64,000 bases of DNA, from the NCBI GenBank assembly GCA_022813965.1, contig JALDZS010000032.1, positions 1 to 64,000 of the forward strand. Direction: 5' to 3'. A model generated the notes under the pieces. That model saw only the letters and a list, made by a program, of their open reading frames with translations. It was not told the origin of the DNA and made no database searches. Source of the DNA: Toensbergia leucococca. Its lineage: Eukaryota. This document shows, in pieces, positions 37,150-52,044 of this stretch (its first letter is position 1; every line of letters starts with the position of its first letter). Position numbers and translations under genes: made by a program.

Positions 37150-37515
37150 CCGCGTTCATTCAGGACAGTCACTTTTTTAAGATCCTTTACTGAAGTTTAT
37201 CGCTGACACTCAGAGACTTCTCATAATTATTACAGTAGGTATTGTTAGGGTAAATGCTGTATGTATGACCCTTTTTAATGTTTGTACACCTCTCCTGCCT
37301 TTTTTAATTAGGCAATGATGAAGCGCAATTTCACATAGAGAGAGAAACATCATGATTTCACACTGTAATTGCACACAAATCTCAATCTCTATTGAGTATC
37401 ATTTCTCTATTGTAATTCTAAAAACACTACTGTAGTAATCATAAGAATGTCAGAGTTATCACTGAAAATTTTCAGTAGTTAATGTTGAAAAGATGAATGT
37501 TTTGAATGAACTTAT
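37150..37515. mobile_element. Degenerate MITE/foldback remnant with ~90-bp inverted arms
   Basis: 37154-37238 (gttcattcaggacagtca...ttctcataattattacagtag) aligns to the reverse complement of 37427-37511, with many transition differences. AT-rich. Confidence 0.65.
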
Positions 37516-38113
37516 GGGATACATGTATGACTTAATAACAATGTGAGAGTTGTTCTTTTTCTTGATGCTGTGACTTTAACAATATGACTTTGGTACTGTA
37601 AAATTTGGTGGTTTGTTTTGACAGAATACTAGGAAATTGCACATGCTCGACATTTCTTTCTCTTCGTCAAGCTTGTGCCTTTTGTTTTAGCGGGCCGAGC
37701 CGGATTAAGCCGCTTGTAGGCGGCTGTAGAACACTAGCGCCTCCTCTGAATGGTGTAGAAACAGCTCCCCTTACTCTACTGTAACCTCCAAGAGCTGCCT
37801 CTTGCACTCGGAACGAAGAGCCTATGTGGGTATGATATCCTGACAATGACCATACGATACACCTAAGTCTGCCACGCAGTATGAATTGAAAATCATCACA
37901 AACCTTCTTGTTTACTGCGGCCGTTGTCCAGTCCCAATCTTCACAGCAAGCACGATTGCCATTGGTTCTGAACATTCCTACTTAGGACTCTGGGTATTTC
38001 TGCGAGCCCAATGCTACCTCAGACTGTCACAGTTCAACAAACACGTCCACATTGTCCACGTGCACAGATTTCCCACTTACTTCAATCGCTTCAAATTCAA
38101 TCAAGATTCCAAT

Positions 38114-39477
38114 ATGCTTCAGGATGCCAATAGCCCTTTAGCGAAGCCTACGGCAGATATGGACGATACAGCTTCTGTCAAATCCGCATCACCTGCTGGG
38201 ACCAATACTTCTGCTGGTACCAAGAGGAAAAGGGCCGCTGATCCAAAATTCTATGCTGTTAGGATTGGGAATCGACCAGGAATATATCATACATGGGCGG
38301 ATTGTCTAGATCAGGTGAAGGGGTTCAAGAAAGCAATGTGTATGCTGTGAGATCACCCAATCGCTACTAGCGTGGGCTGACAGGAAGATTATAGTCAAGT
38401 CATTCTCAACTTTGACAGACGCTGAGCGCTACGTGGCTGGGGAGAACCCGTCTCATGGAGGTAGCTCAACTTCGTCCTCCTTGAGCAAGTTCTATGCAGT
38501 GAAGAGCGGGAGGATACCCGGCATATATACGGACTGGCCTTCAGCCCAGGAGCAGATTACGGGTTGGAAGCAGCCCAAACACAAATGTTTCACAACACGA
38601 GTCGAGGCTCAAAGATTCTTGGATGGGGATGAGCAAAGAGTTCCAGAAGCTGTGGAAATGGTTGAGGGTGAGAATGGATCGTCGGTCACCTACCATGCCT
38701 CAGAAGGGCCAACAGAATCTACGACCAAGGCACCGGCACCGAAGAAAACAAAGAAGTCATCCAAAGTCTCTAAAGTGGTGGTCCCAGAATACAATGAAGC
38801 GGATTACGAGCCAGGTACCGGCCCACTTCCCCCTGGAGCGGAGGATGGATTCGATCCAAACATTACATTAGACAAAGAGACAGGCCAAGTCATCTACAAA
38901 ACGATAGAACAACGGCAAGCTACGAGGTTGCAGGCAACAGGAGGTGGCCAAAATGGAATGATAAGAATACACACGGACGGGAGCTCGCTTCGTAACGGGG
39001 CTGATGGAGCTTTGGCCGGAGTCGGCGTGTACTTTGGTCCCAATGACGAGAGGTACGGATCCATAGAACAAAAACCATATTGCCAAGCGATTACTGACAT
39101 TTGGGCGCCATAGAAATCTATCAGAGACACTCCCTGGCCCACGACAAACCAACCAACGAGCCGAGCTCACGGCAATATTACGCGCTCTGGAGATTACGCC
39201 CAAGAACCGGGATGTCACCATTATTACAGACAGTCGATACGCGATTGACTGCGTGACTGTGTGGTATATCAGCTGGCGGAGTAACGGATGGAAGACTTCG
39301 GCGGGTAAGGCGGTGGAGAACAAAGACATTGTAGAAAATGTTCTTGGCAAGATCGAAGAACGTAATGGACTCAAGGTACAAACGTCGTTTGAGTGGGTTA
39401 AAGGCCATGCCAATAATGCAGGGAACGTGGAAGCCGATAAGCTTGCGGTGGATGGAGCCAGGAAAGGGGTACAATAA
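38114..39477 (+). CDS. RNH1: Ribonuclease H1 with two N-terminal hybrid-binding (viroplasmin-like) domains
   Basis: KFYAV...PGIY..W occurs twice; IHTDGSSLRNG, QTNQRAELTAI, TDSRYAIDC and WVKGHAN..GNVEADKLA. The start could be 38159. Confidence 0.95.
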
Positions 39478-40099
39478 GGGACAGGAACAGAGATACTACT
39501 TGGCTTGTTTGCCATGATGTTTGGAGCACTTCTGGCTGGTGATTGTTGTGACTAGCTATTTAATGGCCGATTTATGCACACGGGCTCGGGGATAGCTATC
39601 TATATTCTACCAGTCTACCTAGTGTAGGGCATTCCAACGACAGCGTTGCCCAAGACTCTGGTCTGGCCTCATTCTTGGTGAAGTTTGATAATTGCTAACT
39701 GCTAAATGCTAAATGGTCTCCACTCATTGTTCTCCCGTATTACCACACGGAATTATATCGCGCATACCGAATGGACGATTTCTGCATTTAAATGTCGATA
39801 TGGAAATCGACTTAAACGTCATTTGAGGCAGTGCAATGCGCTGTAAAAAAACGGCCTAGCTCATTAAATGATACCCTCGTCATGTCTTTTCAAGCAATCC
39901 TCGAATTGACCATTACCGAGTCTTTCTGAATTGGCAAGCTTCGATTCATAGACCAATTGTTGTCGTGATGAAGCAGATGATCCCACAATCGCAGATACGA
40001 AATAGACTGCTTGCCAGATGAGAGGATTTACCGAATTAAAAGCATTTCGGACCACTCAGTCCACTATCAGCGAATTATAAGTGTGCGACGAAGAACAAC

Positions 40100-42058
40100 A
40101 TGACTCTCCTCCAAATTACCAATTTCAACATTGTCTGTGCCTCTTTTGGTGGTTTCATCACCCTCTTTGGGCTTGTATCATATTTGTTCAAGGAGCGCTA
40201 CTATCTGTCTGAGGCTTGTAATGGCACCCGCTGAACCATCTTGAATCACGCATTGTGTGCCTTGCTGATTGGAGTAGTGATTTCTCTGTTGGCTGGAGTC
40301 GTCTTTTCCCCCAATGCCGCCAACTTCATCAAGCCTTTGGAGTATGCGAATGGATCCGATCAAAATCTTGCCAATATCACCTTGTACTTCACCCGTCTTG
40401 TCCTCGATGTACAGTTGGTCATCTGTGGCGTGGGACTACCGAAGAAGTTCATGTACTACGAATGGAAGAGTTTGTCGTTACTACTCGGTCCCGGCATGTG
40501 TGGTATGTGGATCTGTAGTAGTCTGATCATCTGGGGATTGGTCCCAAATCTTAGCTTTCTCCATGCCTTGGCTGTGGGCGCTTGCGTGACACCCACCGAC
40601 CCTGTACTTTCCAATTCCATTGTCAAGGGCAAATTCGCCGATGAGAATATACCCAAGGATTTGCAGAATCTCATCATAGCCGAGTCAGGCGCTAACGATG
40701 GTTTGGGATACCCATTTCTATTTATTGCTTTGTACTTGATTAAATACGTTGGAAGCGGAGGAGCAGGCCAACCAGGAGGAGCCAGTCTTGCCATGTCCTA
40801 TTGGTTTGGAGTCACCTGGGCATATACCATCATTTTTGGCACTATCTACGGAGCGATCGTGGGATGGCTAGCCAAAGAGTTGCTTCGTTTTGCTGAAAAG
40901 AGAAAATTGATTGACCGAGAGAGCCTCCTTGTGTTTGCCATCACCTTGGCCGTATGTGAACTCATTCTCTATACTTTTCTGACCACTGACCTTCGCCCGT
41001 TAGTTGTTCATCTCTGGCACATGCGGCATGATTGGTAGTGACGATGTTTTGGCCAGTTTTATTGCTGGCAATGTCTTCAACATGGAGTATGCGTGGTCTT
41101 CGCTCTCCTCATCAATATCACTGACTTATTTTCCAGCGATTGGTTTCGTACAGAAACACTTGATGACTCCTTGCATCCTCCCATAGACATGCTGCTCAAC
41201 CTCGCAGTTTTCATGTGGTTCGGCGCAGTTTGCCCATGGAATATGTTTCTCCGCAACGATATTATCCCAATCTACCGACTTATATTCATTGGCATCCTAA
41301 TTCTTCTGTTCCGCCGCATACCCGTTGTCTATCTGATGCACAAGAAGATTCATCAAATCGATGGGCCGCGGCAACTCTTTTTCGCCGGATTCTTCGGTCC
41401 TATTGGAGTTAGCGCTATTTTCTATCTCTTCGTGAGCCTTCAATTCCTAGGGCAGGTTACAGTAGACGGCGTTGTCCGGGAAGATGCGGTCAAGTTGGGA
41501 GATGTCACTACTATAGTAGTTTGGTTTCTCACAATTTGCAGCATCGTAGGTTCTCCTCCATTTCCTAGACAGAACACCAACCCCTTGCATTCAGAAGTAC
41601 TGAACTGATCAACACCATAGGTTGTGCATGGATTAAGCGTCCCACTGGCAAAACTCATCTATCGTCTTCCCCGTACCTTCAGCACGCTAATTGGCTCAAA
41701 TCCCAACGGTGAAAGTGGAGGCGAGACGTTCAACATTCGAGAGCAGGCTCAGAAAGGAGCAATCATCATCCGCCACAAACTCCGACAACGGCCTGAGCAT
41801 ACGACCACCAACAGTCCCCCTAGCCCTGTTTTCCGAAGCAAAGGCTCAGTCATGCGCCTGACAACCTCTCGTGGCGAGAGTGGTGGTGTCACTATTCCTA
41901 GTCCCACCAGCCCGATTGGCTCGCTCGGCACTATGCCGAATGGCGGGCCCCAAGAGACTTTGGATGACTTGAGACCGGTCAAGTGCCCGAGCAGCGTGAA
42001 TGTGGTTGAAGATCCTGGCGGGATTACTGGAGAGGGCACTGAAAGGGAAAAGCATTGA
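40100..42058 (+). CDS. Fungal plasma-membrane Na+(K+)/H+ antiporter, Nha1-like (CPA1); multi-exon
   Basis: FGLVSYLFKERYYLSEA, TPTDPVLSNSIVKGKFA, AESGANDGLGYPF, GSDDVLASFIAGN and FFGPIGVSAIFY. Confidence 0.93.
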
Positions 42059-42552
42059 GTGGCGGGGAGTCGACATCATTAATACATGTTGATCTCAGAA
42101 CTCAGACCTCTTTTCCCCCTTTATGAGTGACGAGTCTTCTCTTGGGTATATTTTTGCATCAGAAGCGGGAGTTTTTTCAAAAAGCGCGTCGGGTGTTGTT
42201 CTCGGCTTGTCTGTGGCTTTGAGAAGAGCTACAGATATTGTTCTCACATTAGTCAAGAATTTCATTACAATCTTCCAGGCACACAGGTTGAAGAGACCGT
42301 TTCCATCATTCCGCTATAATAGCTTAAATAGAAACTAGATCAGAATCCACCAAAGACACTTGCCTGACCTCAATACATATAACCCCACAAGCTCAAATTC
42401 ACATTCCAAAAAAACAGCAGCAAACACCTTCTCCCCCCCCCCCGGCGCCAACAGAAAACCCATCCCTCAAAACACCAAAAGCATTCTCCATTCTTCCCTC
42501 CTTCGCCCACACCCAAACCCCCACCCACAATCCCTTTTCCTCTCACATGTTC

Positions 42553-42553
<1 letters not shown>

Positions 42554-42607
<54 letters not shown>
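42554..42607. repeat. Poly-C homopolymer, ~54 nt
   Basis: Uninterrupted C run inside a strongly strand-asymmetric low-complexity intergenic region. Confidence 0.9.
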
Positions 42608-43652
42608 TTACCTACCAACTCCACCACCCCTCCTTCTTTCGTCCCTACTTCACACCTCCCCCACCCCCTGGAACCCACCCAGCTCACCTCACCTCCCCAC
42701 GATAGAAAGATCGTAAAAACAAAGTGGAAGAAGGGAAAGGGAAAGGGAAGAGAAGGAGGTGGGGAGGAGAGAGGTGAAGGAGGCGGGGAGGGGGAGGAGA
42801 GAGGTGAAGGAGGCGGGGAGGGAGGTGGGGAGGAGGGGAGGAAGGGGGGTGGTTGAGTGGTTTGGTTGTTGAGGCTTTTGTTAGATGGTTTGAGGGGAGG
42901 GTGGGAGTGATGAGCTGTCTTTGGGGTGGGAGTTGTGGTGTGGTGTCTTTGAGGGGTATGAGTGAGGGTTGAGAGAGAAGGGGGGTTGAGTGATTGAGAG
43001 TTGAAAAGAGGGGCAGGAAGTGAGGGTGAGAAATTGTTGAGGGAGAAGAGAAGATTTTGGAGTTTTGTTGAAAAGTTGTTGCGGTGATGGAAGTTCTTTG
43101 AGAAAGGAAGAAGAAGAAGAAGAGGAAATTACGCTTGATAACCTTCACACATACCTTAGTCTTCCCTACCTAGCTAGCTGAGATAAACCTCACAGCAACA
43201 AATCAGCACCATTCATTAAAACCTCAAAATATCTCATAGACACCCCATCTCTTGACCTTCAGAAGAAAAAGAGAGGAACATTGAGGGTTATGCAAGGGAT
43301 GACTCCCCTTTTTCTCTCCTTTCTCTCCTTTTTCTTTTTGAGGGAAGGGACATCTTTTAGGAAAAGGGGGTGTTTTCTTTTGAGGGGAGGGGGGACATCA
43401 GAAGTCCATTAGTCGGAGTTTTTTGGAGGCCGCGGAGGGGGTGGTGAAAAGGGGGGTACTCTAGGCGGAAAGGAATTGAGATGGGTTTCCTTGACGCCCG
43501 CAAGCCGGTAGGAACGGTTTTGTAGAGTAGCCAAAGTTCCGAGTAATGATCGCGCTGGCATATGCCAAAAAATCCGCTTCCATAGATTTCAATTAGGCCA
43601 AAGGAGAAAAGTGCAAAATCCCTCTCCTTCCCTCTCCTTCACTCTCCTTCCC

Positions 43653-44339
43653 TCACCTCACCCCCAGCCCCCACCTCTCCGCCAAAGCACACGCAAGCAA
43701 ATGCTTACAAACCGGCATCTCCTCCCCCCCCAACAACAACTCTCCCACCCCCACTCCCTGCACCCGCACCCCATCCTCCCTCCCAACCCCAACCCCAACC
43801 CCAGACCCAGTCTCCTCCATCCTGCTAACAGTAGCACCAACAGCAGAAGAAGGCAGAGAAGAAGAAGCAAACGCCGCAAACGCAAACGCAGGACAAGAGC
43901 AATTCCAAGCGCGGAGCCGGACCTCGTAGGGAGCGAGCGAGCGGGCTGGGGTGCTTTTGCGGTTGTTGTGGGTGCGGGAGGGGTGGACGTGGTAGATGAA
44001 ATTTTCGTTTTCTATCTCTTTTCGCTTCCCTGTCCCTGTCCCTGTCGCTATTTCCTCTTCCTCTCCTCCCTCGGGCAAACACGAGGGGGCTGGGATCGTG
44101 AGACGAGTCACTAGTCCTTGGTCTAGGAGGTCAAGGGCTGGGAGGAGGATTGTTGGGTGCAGAGCGTGGAGGGTTAGGAGGAGGGGTTTGAGGTGGAGGG
44201 GTAGGGGCAGGGGTTGCGGGACGGTGGTGGTGGGGGGAGATGTGAAGTTGGAGGGGAGTGGGGAGAGGGAGAGGAGGAGGGAGGTTTGGAGGGTGCGGGG
44301 GGTGGGGAGGGTGGTAGGGTTGGGGTGGGTGGTAGACAT
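43653..44339 (-). CDS. SWIM zinc-finger protein, Sws1-like (Shu complex)
   Basis: LLLTLHALHP..LLPALDLLD, YEVRLRAWNCSCPAFAF and PVCKHLLAC (split CxC...CxH SWIM). The 3' end may be spliced further. Confidence 0.8.
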   Translation of the reverse strand: MSTTHPNPTTLPTPRTLQTSLLLSLSPLPSNFTSPPTTTVPQPLPLPLHLKPLLLTLHALHPTILLPALDLLDQGLVTRLTIPAPSCLPEGGEEEEIATGTGTGKRKEIENENFIYHVHPSRTHNNRKSTPARSLAPYEVRLRAWNCSCPAFAFAAFASSSLPSSAVGATVSRMEETGSGVGVGVGREDGVRVQGVGVGELLLGGEEMPVCKHLLACALAERWGLGVR

Positions 44340-44550
44340 TTTGGAGAGGAAGGCGGGGAAGGATGGTGGGAAAGTGGGTAGCGTGGGGTGGGTTCAGGCG
44401 AGGGAGGGAGAAATGTGGAACGGCGTCGTGTAAACACTATCAAGTTTAGGCACTTCACTCGCTCTGAAGTATTTATTTCACATATGATTTACAAGTCTAC
44501 ACCCTTCACAGAAGGGAGAATAGCCACTAAAAAGAATCTAAACAATCAAA

Positions 44551-45743
44551 TCACCTCTTTCCCTCCTTCTCCCTCTCCCTATCCTTCTCCTTTCCCCCCT
44601 TTTCCTTCTCCTCCTCCTTTCCCTCCCCATTCACAACAACTCCATTCCCAACCCCATTACTCTTCTTCCCCGACAGCTCCTCCTCCTTCTTCGCATCCTT
44701 CTCCTCCTGCTGCTGCCGATTCTGAATCTTATTCTCAATCAAATCATGAAATGCCGTAATCGCCCGGATCAAACTGCTGAGATAAATAGTCATCAGCTGA
44801 TCATTCGTCTTCACGCTCATCGCCCGCGCCAATTCGCTGTTTTCTGTTTGTTGCGGGTGGGCAGTCGTGGCGGTGGAAGTGGTGGGGGGAGGGCTAGGGT
44901 TGGAGAGATTGGGGAGGAGGTTGAAGACGTCTTGGAGGTTACCGAGGATAGCGTGATTTACGGGGAGGTCGCCGTCGAGAACTTTTTGTAGGTATTGTCC
45001 AATGTCGCGCAGGCGTAGGTGGAGGCCTTGTAGCGATTGGAGCTGGGAGGTGATGCGTGTGGAGAGGGTCCCGACAGCCACGTCGCGAATGTCGCGTAGG
45101 AGATGCTCGACGCCTATTTCCTCTGCCTCCTCGGCCTCAATCAGCGAAGGTGTATGCACAAAAGTCTTTGTGGTGGTGGTGCCGTCGTCTTTAATTTCCT
45201 CGACGGCGAAATAGGCGTCTGTGGGGACGCCGACTTCTTTTGGCTGAACATCGATGATTACCAGGAGCGGGTTTGGAGTGTAGCGTTTGAAGAGCTCATT
45301 GATTTCGAGGTCGGAGGCGCGTAGTTTGGGACCGGAGTGATACCAGCCGATTAGTTTTTCGCGAGCGTTTACTTTTTTGAACATTTCATTCATTGATTCG
45401 ACGTAATTGTGGTCCAGGAACCAGACGGAGGGGTCTTTGTCGTCTTCTTCAAAGGGGACTGTAAGGGATATTTATTTAGTCTCTAGTGGTATGATTTTCA
45501 CCGATTCTCCTTTTTGAGAGGGAGCAGATGAGAAGGGAGATGAGGTATGAGGTACATACCGGCAAAGCTGTTAGATACTCGTACATTCTTTCCATCGTTT
45601 TGCCCTAGAAGGACACCAACCACGCGCTTTCGGACGCCCTTTCCTGATCGGCCAAAGTGATCTGCTGCTGAAAGGAGGACGAGGGGCGCGACGGAGACGG
45701 TGCGGGTTACCAGGGAGAGGGTTTCGGCTGTCGTGGCGGGCAT
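44551..45743 (-). CDS. RPN8: 26S proteasome regulatory subunit Rpn8 (MPN domain); one intron
   Basis: [12 protein letters not shown]...[32 protein letters not shown] and [17 protein letters not shown]. Confidence 0.97.
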
Positions 45744-46190
45744 GGTGGGGAGGAGATGGGGGAAAGAGGGTAGAGGAGAAGGTGATGGGGGAGAATTGGC
45801 TCGATCAGCTATTGGTACACTCGGAGCAGGGATGAATATTTCGTGGAAGTCGGGTTGGGAATTCCAAAAGCTTTCGATTAGTATCGGAGTGATTTTTAGT
45901 AGGTGATACCTCGCAGAAGTGTCAAAAGTAAGATCTTGTGTCAACGATGAAGCTGCCCTGGAATCCGAATATTCTATGATGTTCCTGTCATGGCTTGGCA
46001 TGAACAAGGATGTCGAACCTGTGGATACAATTCGGGGAAACGGAGAGGCCGGCGGACGGTAACCGAATTTCCTGTAACCTCGACCTCACCCAGCTCCATC
46101 AGCCCATCCACCGCTCTCTCTCGACATCCTACGACCCAAGACCTTTTCGTCTGCCTTGGTCAGGCCTGAAAATCAAGTTCTTGCCCAACA

Positions 46191-47239
<1,049 letters not shown>

Positions 47240-47806
47240 GCTTTACCTCGAAGTTCCTCGAAGCGTGGCGAATTAGACAGACCTCCTGACTACAAGGGCA
47301 TGTTGTCTTGGCGAGTTCATGTGTATATGCAAAAAGTCCCAGTTCCCTTTGCTTGCAGGTGAGTATGTGCTTTGTATATTACATGTATTCTCTTCAGTTA
47401 TTGTTGCATGCTTTTCTACGTCGAGCGTTCAGTCGTCTTGAGAGTATCCTGGAGCAGGAATCAGCGGCCAACCAGGTGTTTTGCATCCTGAGAGATGAGG
47501 ACATCCTTTGCATAGATCAAGTCAAGATCATGAACAGAGTGAGACTACTTAGACTGGACCTGCCGTGTGTTGTATTGCATGCGAGATAGCTGGCTGTCGA
47601 GCAATTATTTCCCCATTAAAACGCCGAGAGATTTAGTTGCCCCGTATCGAATACGCAGTCACAACAAGAAGCAATTGTTTTTCTTCCTTCTAATCTCCTT
47701 CATCGTCCAGTATTTGACATCAACAGACAAGTTTTTGTAAGTACTGTCAAGAGCAGTTGTCCTCATTCTTCTAACCCTAATTTAGCGAGGGCATAAATAC
47801 GCGAAC

Positions 47807-49351
47807 ATGCCGTACATCAAGTAAGTCAGGTACATGTGAGCAGCAGCACGGTCCACCTTTCTAGGTCACAGCATTTTCCATTTTCCATTCTCATTCACGC
47901 TTTTCGACACTTGGTCCAGCTGTCTTAAGCACACGTCTACTCTGATGACTTCTTCTTAAAGACCTGACTAATAGATCACTGTTCGAAAGGGCTCTAGCGA
48001 CTCAGGAGTATGTTAAACAACTGAAATCCCAGGATCGCATTATATTCCTAGATTACATTGAGCACAAGCCCTTGTCGAAGCTTGAACGCTTTGAACTCCA
48101 GGAGTCAAAATATCGGCAGCACCTCTATGGTCGTAGTGGTTTCGAGCGGGCTACGAAAACGAAAACCCTTGAGAGACAATCTAAAATCCCCAAACCTATC
48201 TTGAAGTTGAAGAACTCGATGACTAGCAACTCTGGCCTACCAGAGAATGTCTGGACCGAAGAGATGGACGCTTTCATTTGCTACGAATATGCCCTTGATG
48301 AGTATAATGTTGAAGAGATTACCACGGCACTTCTCCATGAATTTCCGATCTTGTCCCATGTACGTGAATCATTATTCTTTGTCGTCTCAACACCCCTCTT
48401 TCTGTACCAAGGCCTCACTATCTTCCAAATCTTACGAGTATATCTGTCTAATTTCTTCCAACCATTCAATGCCATTATCAAATCCATCTCTTAACCTCAT
48501 TCATAAACAAGCTGGACCTTTGCTTAAAGCATCACCACCATCCCTGTTCAACTTTTAATCCATGGCTACTCCAAGTATGACTAACTCTATTACCTTTTAT
48601 CAACTCCATAGTGCAAGATCCACTGGATGGCTGTCGATAAGCGTATTCTAATCTTGGACCATCGTCCCAATGACTACTTCAAGGACGGTTTGCGCAAGAA
48701 GCTTGAGAAGCTTGAAGCTCGAGGGATTCGCATTCCGGACCAGGTATTTCCAAAAGAGAAAGTCGAAGTGGTGAGTCTACGTGTATGAGTAGTAGATGAT
48801 ACAAGACTAGACACTAATTACACAAGTAGACTGACTCCAAGACTGGAGGAAAGGCAAGTACTCTGGTAGGTAAGGTTTGAGAGTGCTGCGGTTATGCTAA
48901 TTTGTCGGCATAGGCTAGGAAGACCAAAGGAAATGGGAAAGGAAAGAATTCAAAGTCCCCGGTATGTGGATGCTAAATGCCTATTTCGATTTGCAGTGTT
49001 GTAGCTGATATTAGATAGTGGGCCCGAATTGCCAATCTGTTTGCCACGCGCAAAGCTAAGAATACGACCGTATCTGTATCGAACGACAATGCTGGCAAAG
49101 GCAAGGGGAAAGAAATTGGTCACGGTGTTGGCAATGGCTCTGCGTCGACTGCCTCAAAAGAACAAGATAGTTCTGGGGCTACGGTCTCCGTCCCCGATAG
49201 TGTGCGTTCCCAATTCCCTCGCTTGGTGGACTCGTCAGACACGACCATGGGGAAAGACTATGGAAATGGAGCCTACGAGTTGTCTGGACGTGTTGGAGCA
49301 GCTGTTCATGGGAAGGAAAACACCAAGCCTATGCATGACAAGGATTTCTAG
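47807..49351 (+). CDS. Hypothetical multi-exon protein, possibly with a small HTH/Myb-like helical domain
   Basis: Canonical GT-AG introns link MPYIK|SLFERALATQEY...WTEEMDAFICY...FPILSH|CKIHWMAVDKRILILD... to a low-complexity tail. No family recognised. Confidence 0.55.
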
Positions 49352-49965
49352 GCGACGTGCACAGCAGTAAAGCCCTTCCTTCTTACTCGCTTGTGTGGAG
49401 TGGTTTCAACAGTAGCAGTAATTATGGTAGAATTCAATGTGCAAGCAATTGGTGGTTAGATAGCACGATTTGCAGTCTACTAGAAGCTTAAGAGGCTAGT
49501 AGGGCTCGAAAAGATTACAATGATACAGGCTGTCTTGCTGCAACAGGTGAAATACATTCCATCCATATTAGAATTGGACCGAGGCCGGGTCAGCAGTCCT
49601 CGAGTGTATTTATTCTTCTCGTAGAACTAACACCTTGGTCTTTATTGACTCTATCGACTGACTTGTGATTTCCAGGCATAAAATAAAAGATAGAACTACA
49701 TGAATTTAGGCACTTGTAGCTAGGTACGGAGCAAATTACTTGATGGAGATGTATCTAAGCCTGATCTACGCCTCAAGCGGGTAAACGGCTGTTGGTGCGT
49801 CTGCAACAATGTATGTTGAACGACGCAAGTACATCATAGGTATACGGCACTTGATTTGTTCTTTCAATTCATTCTTCATACTTCTTTTTTCCTTGTGCAT
49901 TTAGTGTATCGATTCAATCTCTTTATATACGTCTTCTGGCTTCATTGATACCTATAACGGCAAGA

Positions 49966-51350
49966 ATGTCTTCGCCTTATACTGTTCGTTGGGGCATACT
50001 AGGTATTGAATCAACCCATCTTCGTTTCTTCAATTTTGGCAGCAGAAAAATGCGAGTGTCCGAGACAGGAGCCACTCTCGGTGTGTCAACTAAACAGTGC
50101 TAACGAGATTCCAGCAACTGGATGGATTGCCCAGAGTAGGCCTCTATCAAGCAATACCATATCTAAACTTAATTGACCTTCTCTCTTCGAAGAATTTACC
50201 AAAGATCTCCTTCTCGACCCGTCGACCCGACATGTTTCCGATGTCAAGCACACCGTCGTAGCTGCCGCTTCCTCCAACTCGGCCGATAGGGCCAAGGAAT
50301 TTCTCAAAGACTGCAAGTGTCCATCTGATGCTGCATCCTATGGTTCATATGAAGAGTTAGTCAAGGATAAGCATGTCGATATCGTTTACGTCGCTACCCC
50401 TCATTCCCATCACTACCAGAATGTAATGCTCTGTCTCGAGGCAGGGAAGCATGTTCTATGCGAGAAAGCTTTTACCGTCAATGCAGCTCAAGCCAAGAAA
50501 TTGATTGAAACCGCCAAAACAAAGAACTTGTTCTTAATGGAAGCCGTGTGGACGAGATACTTTCCATTAAGCCTTCAGATCAGGAAGATTATCGAAGACG
50601 GAAAAATTGGAGCTGTCCACCGTGTCATCGCGGACAACAGCTTCGACGCTAATATGGAGAGTGCATATGGGACGGAGCACCGCATGGTAAACATGGATTT
50701 GGCAGGTGGCGCTCTACTTGATTGTGAGTTCTTTGAAGCTCAAGCATCTCCAAATCCTCGGCAGCCATTCTTTGCTAATTTGGTAGTAAGGCGGCATCTA
50801 CTCTCTAACATGGGTCTTCCAATGCATTTATCATACTCTTCCGGTATCTTCCCGTAAGCCTCCTACCGTTGTTTCCACCATGACGAAATACGCCAAAACA
50901 GGATCCGACGAGAATACCTCCGTAATCTTGAATTTTCCCATTGGACCCGGCGGCGATGGTTCCCATTCCGCGCATGGAATTGCTCTTACTAACTTCCGCG
51001 TTGCCGATAATGTCGATGGCTTGAATACTACAAGACCCGCCGTTCGCATTCAAGGCACCAAGGGTGAGATCCAGGTTGATGGACCAGCATATCGACCAAC
51101 AAAATACAGAATAGTCTGGAAGGAAGAGGGGAAAGATGTGGAGGAGATTGAATGCCCTATTCCAGGCCAAGGAATGTTTTGGGAGGCCGACGAGGCGGGA
51201 AGATGTTTGAGGGACGAGAAATTAGAGAGTGAAGGTTTGACGTGGGAAGAGAGTGTGGTGATTATGGAGGTTATGGACACGGCGAGAAAACAGAATGACC
51301 TGTTTTATCCGGAAAAGATTGAGACATTGGACTACCCTGTCAGACTTTGA
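49966..51350 (+). CDS. Gfo/Idh/MocA oxidoreductase (dihydrodiol dehydrogenase / D-xylose dehydrogenase-like); multi-exon
   Basis: VRWGIL|ATGWIA, YVATPHSHH, HVLCEKAFT, LMEAVWTRYFP and LAGGALLD. Confidence 0.93.
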
Positions 51351-52044
51351 CCACTGATGACTAGCTTTTGAATGCTATCATTATGGGCAAGCCTAGGGTA
51401 AATCAGGTGAGCTCGAGTCTCAGGATTTCTAGTAACACTCAACGACGGCCAAATTTTGCTGCACTGTGTACATTGTGAATGTCATTCACTGGCAACCGGC
51501 CTACTAATGCGACAACGTGTCATAAAATCTTGATTCCTAATCTATCAATGAGTGGTCTCGGCCGGTGCTTGGGAATGTTTCAAATACGGACAGACCTTAT
51601 TACTGGCCAATGCGATTGTTTCGGAAAGACCATGTTGGTCTTTCCGTCCTTTCTTCTCTTGCCTAATCATATGTCTGGTATTTACTCACCTCCTCTGGTG
51701 GGTTCCACAGACCTGTGGGACGTGACCGAGTGATTTTACGTACAGAAACGCTTAGATGACTATCAAATACGCAAGTCTTTGCCTCACCTACATTAAACAA
51801 GCCGTTACGTTAAACAAAGAATGCTTTCATTACGCCTTTGCCGCCGAATCGAACGATACGGAAGCTGTGACGAAGCTAGAAACTACGTGAGGGACGCAAT
51901 ACAATTCGAGAGGCGTGTTGACAGACCATCATTAAAATGTCCTCCTTCCAAGATATTGGATTCATCAAATCTTCAGACACCACAATCAAATCTTCACCCT
52001 ACTAGATTTCATTATTGGCGATAGGTCCTACGGGAAACATCAAC

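Noticed and set aside
38114..39477. RNase H as a retrotransposon domain
   Set aside because: It has introns and two hybrid-binding domains, with no RT or integrase nearby, so it is cellular RNase H1.
42360..43148. Poly-Pro/poly-Gly ORFs
   Set aside because: Artefacts of the homopolymer and purine/pyrimidine tracts.
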